From an uncultured bacterium (GTDB lineage: Bacteria; Patescibacteriota; Minisyncoccia; SW-4-49-11), in the NCBI GenBank assembly GCA_937864235.1, contig CALMJI010000012.1:942-64941 (forward strand): a DNA stretch of 64,000 nucleotides. Reading direction: 5' to 3'. The notes beneath the pieces were generated by a model. The model saw only the letters and a list, made by a program, of their open reading frames with translations. It was not told the origin of the DNA and made no database searches. The position numbers and the translations under genes were made by a program. How positions within the stretch are numbered: the stretch's first letter is position 1; the number at the start of each line of letters is the position of its first letter. Below, piece by piece: positions 1 through 9,483 of this stretch.

Positions 1-919
1 TCTGGAAGTTGAGACTCCAATTTTGACCAAATCTACTCCAGAGGGAGCTAGAGACTTTATCGTGCCTTCTCGCCATCAAGTTGGGAGTTTTTATGCACTA
101 CCACAATCTCCACAACAATATAAGCAATTACTAATGGCTGGGGGAGTGGAGAGATATTTCCAAATTGCTAGATGTTTTAGAGATGAAGATACTCGCAAAG
201 ATAGACAACCGGAGTTTACCCAATTAGATATGGAGATGAGTTTTGTCTCAGAAGAGGATATAATGGCTTTGAATGAAAAGCTTTTGATTGAGTTAGTACA
301 AACACTTTATCCTGAGAAGAAAATTCAGTCAATTCCTTTTCCAAGTATTAGCTATGCTGAGGCAATGGAAAAGTATGGTAATGATAGGCCAGATATTAGA
401 GAGGACAAAGAGGATAATGATTTATTGGCTTTTTGTTGGATTGTTGATTTTCCTCAGTTTGAGAAGACTGAAGAAGGGAATTGGACATTCTCGCATAATC
501 CTTTCTCCGCCCCAAAACCAGAATATATGGAGAATTTGATGGCCACAAAAGACATAGAGACTATTATCTCCACTCAATATGATATTGTACTGAATGGTTT
601 TGAAATTGGTGGGGGAAGTATTCGTAGTCATAAGCCAGAAGCCTTGAGAAAAGTCTTAGAAATTATCGGTTATGAGGGAGAAATTGTGGATAAGTCTTTT
701 GGACATATTCTCACAGCACTAGCCTCAGGAACTCCGCCTCATGGAGGAATAGCTTGGGGGATGGATAGGTTATTAGCAGTACTACAAAATGAGTCTAGTA
801 TTAGAGAGGTAATTGCTTTTCCAAAAACTGGAGATGCTCAAGATCCTATGATGCAGTCTCCAAGCTCGGTCTCAATAGAACAATTAGTGGAACTCGGAAT
901 AAGTATCAAAAAACAATAG
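1..919 (+). CDS. aspS: aspartyl-tRNA synthetase, C-terminal part (5' end off-window); no GAD insertion domain
   Basis: Frame is open from nt 2. Translation LEVETPILTKSTPEGARDF...FYALPQSPQQYKQLLM...RCFRDEDTRKDRQPEFTQLD matches class II AspRS motif 2; motif 3 (GGGSIR) is near the C-terminus. Confidence 0.9.
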   Translation, partial: LEVETPILTKSTPEGARDFIVPSRHQVGSFYALPQSPQQYKQLLMAGGVERYFQIARCFRDEDTRKDRQPEFTQLDMEMSFVSEEDIMALNEKLLIELVQTLYPEKKIQSIPFPSISYAEAMEKYGNDRPDIREDKEDNDLLAFCWIVDFPQFEKTEEGNWTFSHNPFSAPKPEYMENLMATKDIETIISTQYDIVLNGFEIGGGSIRSHKPEALRKVLEIIGYEGEIVDKSFGHILTALASGTPPHGGIAWGMDRLLAVLQNESSIREVIAFPKTGDAQDPMMQSPSSVSIEQLVELGISIKKQ

Positions 920-1011
920 TAAATAAGATGAGATGCATAATATACAAATATTGATGTATGTGGGTGATACATTATCGTAGTTTGTATAGTTATAAACAAG
1001 AGTTCTGAATT

Positions 1012-1190
1012 TTGTCCCCCTTCGGAGGAGGATAATTTTACTGTCTCCCTTAGGAGGCTTTAAGTCCCTCCTATACTTTTGGGTTTAGGAGGGGGAGTAC
1101 CCGTAGGGGGAGGGTGGATAAAGTATAAACTAAAACTCAATCCACCTCCGGCACTCCGTGCCACCTCCTCCAAAGGAGGACAATTACTAT
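1012..1190. repeat. GC-rich mosaic intergenic repeat, copy 1 (modules CCCTCCTATACTTT..GGAGGG / GTACCCGTAGGGGGAGGGTGGAT / ATCCACCTCCGGCACTCCGTGCCACCTCCTCCAAAGGAGGACAA)
   Basis: Same modules recur at 5720-5870, 8470-8598, 15298-15640, 38265-38550, 54030-54390, 62498-62535, 63250-63333 (some reverse-complemented). GC-rich against an AT-rich background. Confidence 0.8.
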
Positions 1191-1306
1191 CCCAATTTAC
1201 TGTTATTAGTCTAATAATGCATATAATTCCTTTTGTCTACGATAACCTAATCTCATACAAAAATTTGACTATAAGCTCGATTATTGATACAATAAGATAA
1301 CTTATG

Positions 1307-1379
1307 CGGGAAGTGGCGCAATGGCTAGCGCACCTGGTTTGGGACCAGGGGGCTGCAGGTTCGAGTCCTGTCTTCCCGA
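1307..1379 (+). tRNA. tRNA-Pro (anticodon TGG)
   Basis: Cloverleaf: acceptor CGGGAAG/CTTCCCG, D-stem GCGC/GCGC, anticodon stem CCTGG/CCAGG with loop TTTGGGA, T-arm GCAGG-TTCGAGT-CCTGT. Confidence 0.85.
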
Positions 1380-1470
1380 CAAGAATTTTATATTATAATA
1401 AGTATATTTTTGACTTTATATACATTTTATATTATAATTGATAATGAAATATTAAATATACACATCCAAC

Positions 1471-1632
1471 ATGAATTCCGAAGATACTGAGCTAGTTACA
1501 AAAATTACTATAGAAGATATTAGCTCTCATCAAACTGAAACTGTACAGGTCACACATAAAGCAGAGGCCGAGATGATTCCAGAAAGAGAAAATGCTATCA
1601 AGATTCCTTTAGACAATGTAATTAAGAAATAG
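1471..1632 (+). CDS. small acidic hypothetical protein (53 aa; below the ORF-track cutoff)
   Basis: ATG at 1471 to TAG at 1630-1632 (MNSEDTELVTKITIEDISSHQTETVQVTHKAEAEMIPERENAIKIPLDNVIKK). Ends 2 nt before the next gene start. Confidence 0.2.
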   Translation: MNSEDTELVTKITIEDISSHQTETVQVTHKAEAEMIPERENAIKIPLDNVIKK

Positions 1633-1634
1633 CT

Positions 1635-2309
1635 ATGACTATTCAAGAACAAGTAAAGATACTTGTTGAAAATAAGTCCACAGATGAGCAAATTTATTTA
1701 GATTTATTACAAAAAGGTTTTAAAGTCATTGAAATTGAGATAGCACTAAAGGCTATAAATAAAACCAAAATAGACATACAATCAAGAGGGATCACGCTGA
1801 TTATACTATTTGGATCGGTATCTATTGGTTTGGCTGCTATTAGCTTTATTGCTTCCAATTGGAGCGCATTTGGAGATTTTGGTAAAATTGGAGTTATTAG
1901 TGGAGGATTATTATTGGCTTATATTGGAGCTGGATATACCAAATCAATTGGTTTGTCAAGGGTTTATAACGGATTATTACTATTAGCTCAGCTAATCTTT
2001 GGGGCGGGAGTATTCTTGATTGGAGAAATAGTCTCTATTCAAATTGCAGCTCAAATTAGTATTTTGATCTGGTTAATAGGATTGATTTGGGCTGGTTATT
2101 TATTACAGTCTATGATCTTGAGGTGGCTTATATTGGCTTTAGGGATTGTCTCAGTTCTAGGTATCCCAGAATTTTTCTATACTTATGATTGGTATCGTAG
2201 AGACTATAGTATTTATGCTCTTTTAGCTGTAATTTTAGCTTTTGAGATATTCTATTATGTCTCTCGTAAATTTAAGAATATAGATTATTCTCAATATTTA
2301 TATGATTAA
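1635..2309 (+). CDS. integral membrane protein (possibly DUF2157-like)
   Basis: Soluble N-terminal region followed by several hydrophobic helices; first gene of a tightly spaced three-gene membrane-protein set. Confidence 0.5.
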   Translation: MTIQEQVKILVENKSTDEQIYLDLLQKGFKVIEIEIALKAINKTKIDIQSRGITLIILFGSVSIGLAAISFIASNWSAFGDFGKIGVISGGLLLAYIGAGYTKSIGLSRVYNGLLLLAQLIFGAGVFLIGEIVSIQIAAQISILIWLIGLIWAGYLLQSMILRWLILALGIVSVLGIPEFFYTYDWYRRDYSIYALLAVILAFEIFYYVSRKFKNIDYSQYLYD

Positions 2310-2314
2310 GTAAT

Positions 2315-3400
2315 ATGTTTATGCTGTCTATATTACCATTAATTATCTTCATAGCTGTCATTATTGCAATTATAATAGGTATTAGAAATATTAGCACTAA
2401 AAAAAGTATAGCTGAGTCTAGCTTTAATTTATTTATATCTTATGATGATTTATTAAAGCAACTATTATTATCTATGGGATTTATAATCGCTATTACAGCT
2501 CTATATTCTAGCTCTCATTCTCTGAGATTTGAAATAGGCTGGTATTGGTTCGCTACTATTGGTGGAGTTGTGACAACATATGTCTCTTATAAACAACATA
2601 GTCCAATTACTTTGATTGTGGGACTCTTGATAGCTACGATTGGGGTGACATTTGGAGGTTATCAGGTAGCCACTAACAATACTATAGATCGGGGACTTGC
2701 TTATATGTCAGCTTTTCTGATCTTTGCTTCTTTCTATGGCTTATCTATTAGCTTCTTTACTAATAATAGAGCTAAGAGATATTATACAATTTTTAATCTA
2801 ATTGGAATATTGGGTATAGGTATAGTAACATTTTTCCTGGGCTCATTTAGCGCAAGAGAAGTTTGGGGTTATATCGCCAACGGTAAAGATGCAGCAATTT
2901 GGAGTAATTTCAAAACTGGTTTGATTCTAACTGGAGGTATTGGTTTGCTAATAATTAGTTATATCAAATCTATTACATATTTTAAGAAAAATTTATATCA
3001 GCTTATAATATCTGTTATTGGAATTATTGGTGCTAGTCTAGTTTTGTTATTGCCCAATGTTTCATTATTATATGATCCTAATAATCAATATTCTTATGAA
3101 GTCAATGATTGGACTCAGAAAAATCTAGAAATTTTACCACATATTATATCAATGAATATTTTGTTCTTGGCTGGAGTATTATGGTTATTATATAGTTCTT
3201 ATAAATTAAAAGAAATTTGGAGGTTGAATTTGAGTATTTTAGCTTTATTTATATTCGTATTAGTGAGGTATTTTGATTGGGTGGAGAGAACTGAACTTGA
3301 TAGGAGTTTATTCTTCTTGAGTTTAGGAGTCATATTCTTGATTACTGGTTGGGGGTTGGAGAGGTTGAGGCGAAACATATTAGCTAGTATAGATAATTAG
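2315..3400 (+). CDS. polytopic integral membrane protein (possibly DUF4401-like)
   Basis: 361 aa, at least 10 hydrophobic segments; 5-nt gap from the upstream gene. Confidence 0.5.
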   Translation: MFMLSILPLIIFIAVIIAIIIGIRNISTKKSIAESSFNLFISYDDLLKQLLLSMGFIIAITALYSSSHSLRFEIGWYWFATIGGVVTTYVSYKQHSPITLIVGLLIATIGVTFGGYQVATNNTIDRGLAYMSAFLIFASFYGLSISFFTNNRAKRYYTIFNLIGILGIGIVTFFLGSFSAREVWGYIANGKDAAIWSNFKTGLILTGGIGLLIISYIKSITYFKKNLYQLIISVIGIIGASLVLLLPNVSLLYDPNNQYSYEVNDWTQKNLEILPHIISMNILFLAGVLWLLYSSYKLKEIWRLNLSILALFIFVLVRYFDWVERTELDRSLFFLSLGVIFLITGWGLERLRRNILASIDN

Positions 3401-3401
3401 T

Positions 3402-3983
3402 ATGAAAAATAAGAATTTGATTATAGTATTTATTCTGCAACTGATTATTATCTTAGGTCTTTTTGCTTATTTTTATAATAGAGAAAAAAGAGATGTTTCA
3501 ATAGTGTATTTATCAATAATAAATCAAGAAGATAATACCAGTAAATTAAAATATGACATCAATGAAATAGATGAATATATATTTCAATATAATCAAGCCC
3601 CAACTAATTCAGATGGAATAGTAGTCAAAAAATTAGACCTAAAAGTAGGGGATACAGTCTATCTAAAATTAGACAAATACGGAAGTGGTAAAACAGCTTC
3701 CATAATTTTAGCTACCACAGATATGAATTCTATAAACAAACATTCATATTATGAATATGAGGATATGGTAAAAAAACCTTTTATTAAAGGTAAAATATTA
3801 GAAATTAAAATAGGACAACAGGGTGAGCCAAATAAGTATATTGTTGAATATGGAATAGAGGAAGGTGAATTTGTGGCAAATAAGCTTGCAGGAGCGGTAG
3901 CTAAAGTAGAATTAAACTCAAGTGGAGAGTCTAAATTATTAGAAATTTATCAAGACCATAATATAATTTATAAGAATAATTAG
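3402..3983 (+). CDS. N-terminally anchored extracytoplasmic protein (possibly degenerate GDYXXLXY-family)
   Basis: Single N-terminal TM (LIIVFILQLIIILGLFAYFY) then a soluble domain containing VGDTVYLKLDKYG; overlaps the upstream stop. Confidence 0.4.
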   Translation: MKNKNLIIVFILQLIIILGLFAYFYNREKRDVSIVYLSIINQEDNTSKLKYDINEIDEYIFQYNQAPTNSDGIVVKKLDLKVGDTVYLKLDKYGSGKTASIILATTDMNSINKHSYYEYEDMVKKPFIKGKILEIKIGQQGEPNKYIVEYGIEEGEFVANKLAGAVAKVELNSSGESKLLEIYQDHNIIYKNN

Positions 3984-5197
3984 CTTGACTTTTTTATCTC
4001 TTGAATAAAATCATAAGTTTTCTTGGCAATAGATTTGTATGAAAATTCATTTTCGGCTCTTTCTTGTCCTAATTTGACTAATTTTTTATATTTAGATTTA
4101 TTATCATAAGCCTCAGTTAATGCTTCTCTTATGGCTAGAATATCTTTTTCTATTATAATATACCCAGCTTTACCAATAACTAAAGGAATAGCTCCGCTAT
4201 CTGAGCCAATTACAGGAGTTCCAGCCGCCATAGATTCTACTAAAACTCTCCCAAATTGTTCTTTCCAAATGGGAGTAGTATGTGAAAGTAAAATAGAAAT
4301 ATCCAAAAGTTGGAAATAAGCAGGTATTTCATCAAATTTGATAGCAGGTTGAATATTAATTATGTGATTTAAATTTAATTTGTCAATCAGAGCATTGAGA
4401 TGACTTATATAGTCCTCGGAGCCATTGCCAATAATTAGAGTTCTAGTATTAGGTTTGTGCCAACCAGCAAAAGCATAAATCATATCTTCAATACCTTTTT
4501 CTGGAGTTAGTCTTCCAATATATCCATATACAAAATCTTCTGCCTTGATATGTAAACTATTGCGAATTTCATCTAATTTGGAGGCTTCAATAGTATCAGC
4601 AAATCTTTCATAATCTACTCCTAGTTGTGGAAAAGTACCTTTGAGACCTTTGAACTTGAGAGACAGCATTCTTTGGTCAAAATCTTGCCAGACTTCTGGG
4701 AATTGGAAAACTAAACCATCTAATTTAGGAATAATAAACTTTTCAAGCAACTGAAAAGAAGCATATCTAAGCTTTTGATAAGGAGACTGAGCCTCTTTTT
4801 CCCAAATATGACACATATTTTCACAAGAAAGTAATATTAATTTGGTTTCGGGTAAAAATTTCTTAGTCACATAGCTGACCTGAGCTGCAACTTGAGTCCA
4901 ATATTCCTCCTCCAGCATAATTATATCTGGATTAAGGCTCTGGAGAGTTTTCTTAAGATTTCTAAATATAAAAAAGTTCAATTTACCAGTAAAAAATCCA
5001 GAAAGAGTAATATGCTTATAAGCCTTACCCTCATAAGGAGTACTATAAACTTTTTGGCCACCACCTTCTAGCCCAAATTCTGGAGTAATTAGGGTGATAT
5101 TAAGGTCTTTATACTTTGCTAGCGCTTCTATCTTAGCTCGATAAGGAGCATAGACATAGGCATGAGATATAATTACTAAATTTGTCGAATCTTTCAT
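3980..5197 (-). CDS. glycosyltransferase family 4 (GT-B fold)
   Basis: C-terminal EQFGRVLVESMAAGTPVIGSDSGAIP matches the GT4 E-x7-E / G-x-P motif; N-terminal GGG (EGGGQKVY) motif. Confidence 0.75.
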   Translation of the reverse strand: MKDSTNLVIISHAYVYAPYRAKIEALAKYKDLNITLITPEFGLEGGGQKVYSTPYEGKAYKHITLSGFFTGKLNFFIFRNLKKTLQSLNPDIIMLEEEYWTQVAAQVSYVTKKFLPETKLILLSCENMCHIWEKEAQSPYQKLRYASFQLLEKFIIPKLDGLVFQFPEVWQDFDQRMLSLKFKGLKGTFPQLGVDYERFADTIEASKLDEIRNSLHIKAEDFVYGYIGRLTPEKGIEDMIYAFAGWHKPNTRTLIIGNGSEDYISHLNALIDKLNLNHIINIQPAIKFDEIPAYFQLLDISILLSHTTPIWKEQFGRVLVESMAAGTPVIGSDSGAIPLVIGKAGYIIIEKDILAIREALTEAYDNKSKYKKLVKLGQERAENEFSYKSIAKKTYDFIQEIKKSS

Positions 5198-5221
5198 AAT
5201 AAGTACATTATATCACAAAAA

Positions 5222-5620
5222 CTATTTCCAGTTAAGATAAGTAATAGATAATTGTAGGGCTGTGGCAATACAAACCCAAATTAGATAGGGGATTTGCATC
5301 AAAGCTACCCATTTCATATATGGCCAAATAGCTAAAATTGCCCAGATAATAGTAGCTAATAATAAAACAATATCTATAGCCCCCAGTAAATTATTCCGAA
5401 GTCCAAATTGGAGAGGACTAAAAGCAATATTAAAGACAATGTTCAAAATAAAAGGTAAAGCCACCGTCCAACTAATTTTCCCATTCATAGCCTGATAAAA
5501 TACCGCACTAAAAGATATAAAAATCAGAATATACAGCACAGACCAGACCGTCCCAAATAACCAAGTAGGAGGAGCCCAAGATGGTTTGATCAAGTCCTCA
5601 TACCAAGATGATGTATTCAT
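5222..5620 (-). CDS. TspO/MBR family tryptophan-rich sensory protein
   Basis: Five TM helices, W-rich, LIKPSWAPPTWLFGTVWSVLYILI signature. Confidence 0.7.
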   Translation of the reverse strand: MNTSSWYEDLIKPSWAPPTWLFGTVWSVLYILIFISFSAVFYQAMNGKISWTVALPFILNIVFNIAFSPLQFGLRNNLLGAIDIVLLLATIIWAILAIWPYMKWVALMQIPYLIWVCIATALQLSITYLNWK

Positions 5621-5719
5621 AAGTTTGGGTTTTAGATGATATGTTTTATTATAGCATTTATATGAGTTTTGTGAAAACCTTTGTGCGAGATGAGATTATA
5701 GTAGACAAAATATATAAAT

Positions 5720-5870
5720 TGTCCTCCCTTGGATAGGATAGGTATTTGACATTGTTGTCTCCCTTTGGAGGGAGTACCCGTAGGGGGAGGGTGGATAAAA
5801 GTTAAATAAGAGTGATACTAGTATAAATCCACCTCCGGCCTTGACGGCCACCTCCTCCAAAGGAGGACAG
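5720..5870. repeat. GC-rich mosaic intergenic repeat, copy 2
   Basis: Contains GGAGGGAGTACCCGTAGGGGGAGGGTGGATAAAA and ATCCACCTCCGGCCTTGACGGCCACCTCCTCCAAAGGAGGACAG. Confidence 0.8.
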
Positions 5871-5918
5871 ATCTATGATAATTTACTTGTCTACGATGTT
5901 ACTCATCTTATTCAACCC

Positions 5919-6500
5919 CTACCCCTTCACCCTCTTAGCACCATCCCAAGTGTCATTAGTCTCTTCTGGATAATCGAACCACAGTCTCGCACTACAAACA
6001 TCACTCATATGAGCAAGACAAGCCAACTCATTCATCACTCTGCCATTCATACTATAATCTTTTCCTTCCCCTTCAGTATATTTGATACCATTTTCATGCT
6101 CTGGGGTTAATTGTATCCCATATTCTTGTAATTTTTGGATACGAAAATTATTTTGCATTTCTCTATCTTGCATTGATTCTTTGTTATACAATTTACCGTC
6201 GATTAAATCATATCTCCAAGGTTTTTCTATATCATGTAAATATAAGACTAGTAGTAAATCAGATAGTGAAAAGGGGAGAGGTCTCAGAGAATTTAATCTC
6301 TCATATAGCACAATAGCAATATTCATAACTTCCTGCACATGATCATAATATCCTCCTAACCAAGTGTGATGATTATGGGCACTACCTTGTACAGTTTTGA
6401 AAAGTTCCAGATTATCATTTAGAATATTTTGACAAGCAGTACGATTCGGCTCATCAATCATTTTTAGCATTTGCTCGAGAGCGTAGTAGGGGTTGGGCAT
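5919..6500 (-). CDS. HD-domain phosphohydrolase-like protein
   Basis: H..HH and LHDIEK motifs (SAHNHHTWLGG...LYLHDIEKP). Confidence 0.45.
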   Translation of the reverse strand: MPNPYYALEQMLKMIDEPNRTACQNILNDNLELFKTVQGSAHNHHTWLGGYYDHVQEVMNIAIVLYERLNSLRPLPFSLSDLLLVLYLHDIEKPWRYDLIDGKLYNKESMQDREMQNNFRIQKLQEYGIQLTPEHENGIKYTEGEGKDYSMNGRVMNELACLAHMSDVCSARLWFDYPEETNDTWDGAKRVKG

Positions 6501-6505
6501 AGAGA

Positions 6506-7579
6506 TTATAATATATTATTATTTTTATTAAACCTTTCGAAGGCGAGTTGAATTAACTTATCAATCAAATCAGGGTAATCAATGCCCGACACCTCCCAGA
6601 GTTTAGGATACATACTGGTTTTTGTAAATCCCGGTAAGGTGTTAATCTCATTTACAAAAACTTGTCCATCGCTAGTCAAGAAGAAATCTACTCTTGCCAA
6701 GCCCTCACAAGATAATGTTTGGAATGTTTTTATAGCTAAATTTTGAACTTGCTCAGTGATAGAATCAGATATTCGGGCTGGGATTTGTAAATCAGCTCCT
6801 TTTTGGTCTATATATTTTGAATCATAAGAATAAAAATCAGTATCAACAACAATTTCACCTAGAATAGAAGCCATAGGCTTATCATTACCCAGTATAGCAC
6901 ATTCAATTTCTCTGCCCTGAATAAATTCCTCAATTATAATTTTGTTATCAAATTCAAAAGCATTTTCAATGGCATTATTATAACTATTCTCATCAGTGAC
7001 CTTGCTTACTCCAATAGATGACCCCATATTTGCTGGTTTAACAAATACAGGAGAACCCAGATTATCTGTAATAGTCTGAAAGTTAGGTATGGATTGACTA
7101 GATTTTAAGGTCATAAATTTAGCAATTGGTATGCCAGCATCTCTCAATAATCTCTTCATAATATCTTTATCCATCCCAATAGCTGAACCAAGTACATCAG
7201 CTCCAACAAAAGGAATATTAGCAAGTTTTAATAATCCCTGTACAGTTCCGTCCTCTCCAAATGGACCGTGTAGAATTGGAAATACTACATCAATTTTTCT
7301 ATTATGCTTCAAATCATCTAAGCTACTAGGTAAATACTCCACAATAGATTCTGCTGTATTCAATTCAATGAGCTTTGGATTATCTGAATTTAACAATAGA
7401 TTTGATGTGTCATTTATAACACAATTACCAGATTTATCTATCCCAATTAAAATAGGATTATATTTATTTTTATCAATAGCCTCAATAATATTTTTGGCAG
7501 ATAACAAAGATATTTTATGTTCGGCAGATTGCCCTCCACATAATATAGCAACATTGATTTTTTTACTCATATTATTCAA
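6506..7579 (-). CDS. ddl: D-alanine--D-alanine ligase
   Basis: N-terminal VAILCGGQSAEHKISLLSA and an ATP-grasp C-terminal half; size typical of Ddl (likely true start MSKKINV). Confidence 0.85.
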   Translation of the reverse strand: MNNMSKKINVAILCGGQSAEHKISLLSAKNIIEAIDKNKYNPILIGIDKSGNCVINDTSNLLLNSDNPKLIELNTAESIVEYLPSSLDDLKHNRKIDVVFPILHGPFGEDGTVQGLLKLANIPFVGADVLGSAIGMDKDIMKRLLRDAGIPIAKFMTLKSSQSIPNFQTITDNLGSPVFVKPANMGSSIGVSKVTDENSYNNAIENAFEFDNKIIIEEFIQGREIECAILGNDKPMASILGEIVVDTDFYSYDSKYIDQKGADLQIPARISDSITEQVQNLAIKTFQTLSCEGLARVDFFLTSDGQVFVNEINTLPGFTKTSMYPKLWEVSGIDYPDLIDKLIQLAFERFNKNNNIL

Positions 7580-7684
7580 GTCTATATATTTTATTATAGC
7601 ATATATTGGTGTGGTAACCTAAATTATCTTAAAATATAAATATGTGATAAAATATATCTAAATTTAAATGGTTAAAACTATTTT

Positions 7685-8266
7685 ATGAAAGATAGAGTGG
7701 ATAAAATACTTGCCTTTTTACAGGAAATAGAAAAATATAAAATTATTGAAAGAGAAATGTTTTGTTCTAATCTTAATAGAGCTGAAAGCGATGCTGAACA
7801 TTCTTGGCATATAGCTATGTTTTTAATTCTTTTTGAAAATGATTTGCCTCAAGATATAGATATGAAAAAGATGTTAAAACTAGCATTGATGCATGATTTA
7901 GTGGAAATTTATGCTGGGGATACTTTTGCATATGACAAACAAAATCAAGCGACTAAAAAAGAAAGAGAATCTAAAGCAGCGGCTAAGCTTTTTTCACAAT
8001 TACCAGAAGATTTGAGTAAAGAATTTATGAATTTATTTGACGAATACGAAGAAATACAGACTAAAGAAGCAAAATTTGTGAAATCTTTTGATAAAATTCA
8101 ACCAATTTTACAAAATCTATGCTCCTCTGGAAAATCTTGGCAAAAACATAAAATCACCTTCTCAGATATTGATCAGTATAAAAGAAAATATGTAGAACAT
8201 AATGATTTAATTTTAGAAATATATGAGAAGTTGCTTAATGATGCGAGAGATAAAAAGCTAATATAA
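7685..8266 (+). CDS. HD-domain hydrolase (YfbR-like 5'-deoxynucleotidase family)
   Basis: SDAEHSWHIAMF...MHDLVEIYAGDT: H..H / HD / D motif arrangement. Confidence 0.6.
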   Translation: MKDRVDKILAFLQEIEKYKIIEREMFCSNLNRAESDAEHSWHIAMFLILFENDLPQDIDMKKMLKLALMHDLVEIYAGDTFAYDKQNQATKKERESKAAAKLFSQLPEDLSKEFMNLFDEYEEIQTKEAKFVKSFDKIQPILQNLCSSGKSWQKHKITFSDIDQYKRKYVEHNDLILEIYEKLLNDARDKKLI

Positions 8267-8326
8267 AGCCAATTGTTATATAGTGTTGTATTATATTATC
8301 GTAGATAATTTATATAAAAATATATG

Positions 8327-8413
8327 CGGAAGTGAGAGGATTCGAACCTCTGGTAGGGGTAAACCTACAACAGTTTTCAAGACTGCCGCCTTCAACCGCT
8401 CAGCCACACTTCC
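8327..8413 (-). tRNA. tRNA-Ser (anticodon TGA), class II with long variable arm
   Basis: Reverse complement GGAAGTG..GCTGAGCGGTTGAAGGC..CAGTCTTGAAAACTG..long arm..GAGGTTCGAATCCTCTCACTTCCG. Confidence 0.8.
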
Positions 8414-8469
8414 AGTTTGTGATATACATTATATCATATTTATTTGTTTTTGTATATATCGGAGTTTTA

Positions 8470-8598
8470 AAATTCCCCTCTCATCCCTGCGGGAGATAAA
8501 TTGAGGGGTGGACAGCTTGCTGGACGGGGTGGATAAAACATAAACTAAAACTCTATCCACCTCCGGCACTCCGTGCCACCTCCTCCAAAGGAGGACAA
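8470..8598. repeat. GC-rich mosaic intergenic repeat, copy 3
   Basis: AATTCCCCTCTCATCCCTGCGGGAGATAAATTGAGGGGTGGACAGCTTGCTGGACGGGGTGGATAAAA followed by ATCCACCTCCGGCACTCCGTGCCACCTCCTCCAAAGGAGGACAA. Confidence 0.8.
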
Positions 8599-8679
8599 TG
8601 TTCTATACTAATTTGTTATTAGGCTATTATATTATATATAAAATATGCTATAATATTCATATAATTAAATATAAAATTT

Positions 8680-9426
8680 ATGGCTGGAATTTGGCGACGC
8701 TGGCGAAGATATAGGACAAAAGTTAGACAATATGTATCTCAGCAGTATTTGAGAGAAATTGTCTATGGTGGTAGTGATGGTATTGTGACTACTTTTGCGG
8801 TGGTGGCTGGGTTTACGGGAGCAAATGCTACTGGTTCGGATCTGATGGGACTAACTATTGGGGCGGTGGTTTTGTTTGGTTTGGCTAATCTATTCTCTGA
8901 TGCTATGTCTATGGGATTGGGGGATTATATGTCGATTAGGTCTCAAGAGGATTTATATCATACTACTTATCAAAAAGAATTAAAGCATCTTGAGCATAGT
9001 AGTGAATCTTTTAATAATAGAATTCAGGATAAATTAGTAGAAAAAGGCTTTAGTAAAAGTGATGCTAAGGAAATTGTCAAATTATTCCATAAAAATCCCA
9101 AATTTGGAATTGAGTGGTTGATGCAGGAGTATCACGGTATTCCTGATCCTGGTGATACTAATCCTATTTTTTCAGCTTTAGCTACTATTGTATCTTTCTT
9201 ATTCTTTGGATTTATCCCGCTGATTCCTTTTGTATTTGGTATCGCTGATCCGACTCAAGCCTTTTTATTATCTATCTCTGGTGTGATTACAGCTTTAGTT
9301 TTACTTGGTTTACTCAGGTGGAAAGTGGTTGGTTATGGTTTGACAAGAGCTTTGGGTGAGACTTTGTTCTTGGGAGGTGTTTCAGCTGCAATTGCTTTTA
9401 TTATTGGAGCTATTATTGGAGCTTAG
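8680..9426 (+). CDS. VIT1/CCC1 family iron/manganese transporter
   Basis: YGGSDGIVTTFAVVAGF signature, hydrophobic helices at both ends. Confidence 0.7.
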   Translation: MAGIWRRWRRYRTKVRQYVSQQYLREIVYGGSDGIVTTFAVVAGFTGANATGSDLMGLTIGAVVLFGLANLFSDAMSMGLGDYMSIRSQEDLYHTTYQKELKHLEHSSESFNNRIQDKLVEKGFSKSDAKEIVKLFHKNPKFGIEWLMQEYHGIPDPGDTNPIFSALATIVSFLFFGFIPLIPFVFGIADPTQAFLLSISGVITALVLLGLLRWKVVGYGLTRALGETLFLGGVSAAIAFIIGAIIGA

Positions 9427-9483
9427 ATTGACTAAACACTCCAAAAAAGGCATACTATAAATAGATTAAAATAATTTTTTATT

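Noticed and set aside
1079-1300. ORF-track ORFs 1079-1300, 5841-6110, 15382-15564, 15466-15792, 38253-38456, 54196-54456 (G/P-rich translations such as MGLGGGVPVGGGWIKYKL)
   Set aside because: They lie entirely within the GC-rich mosaic intergenic repeats. Their apparent coding capacity is a by-product of GC-rich palindromic DNA, and the same 'protein' appears in different frames and strands at different copies
8283-8504. 73-aa ORF overlapping tRNA-Ser(TGA)
   Set aside because: It overlaps a well-formed tRNA on the opposite strand and a repeat copy; spurious
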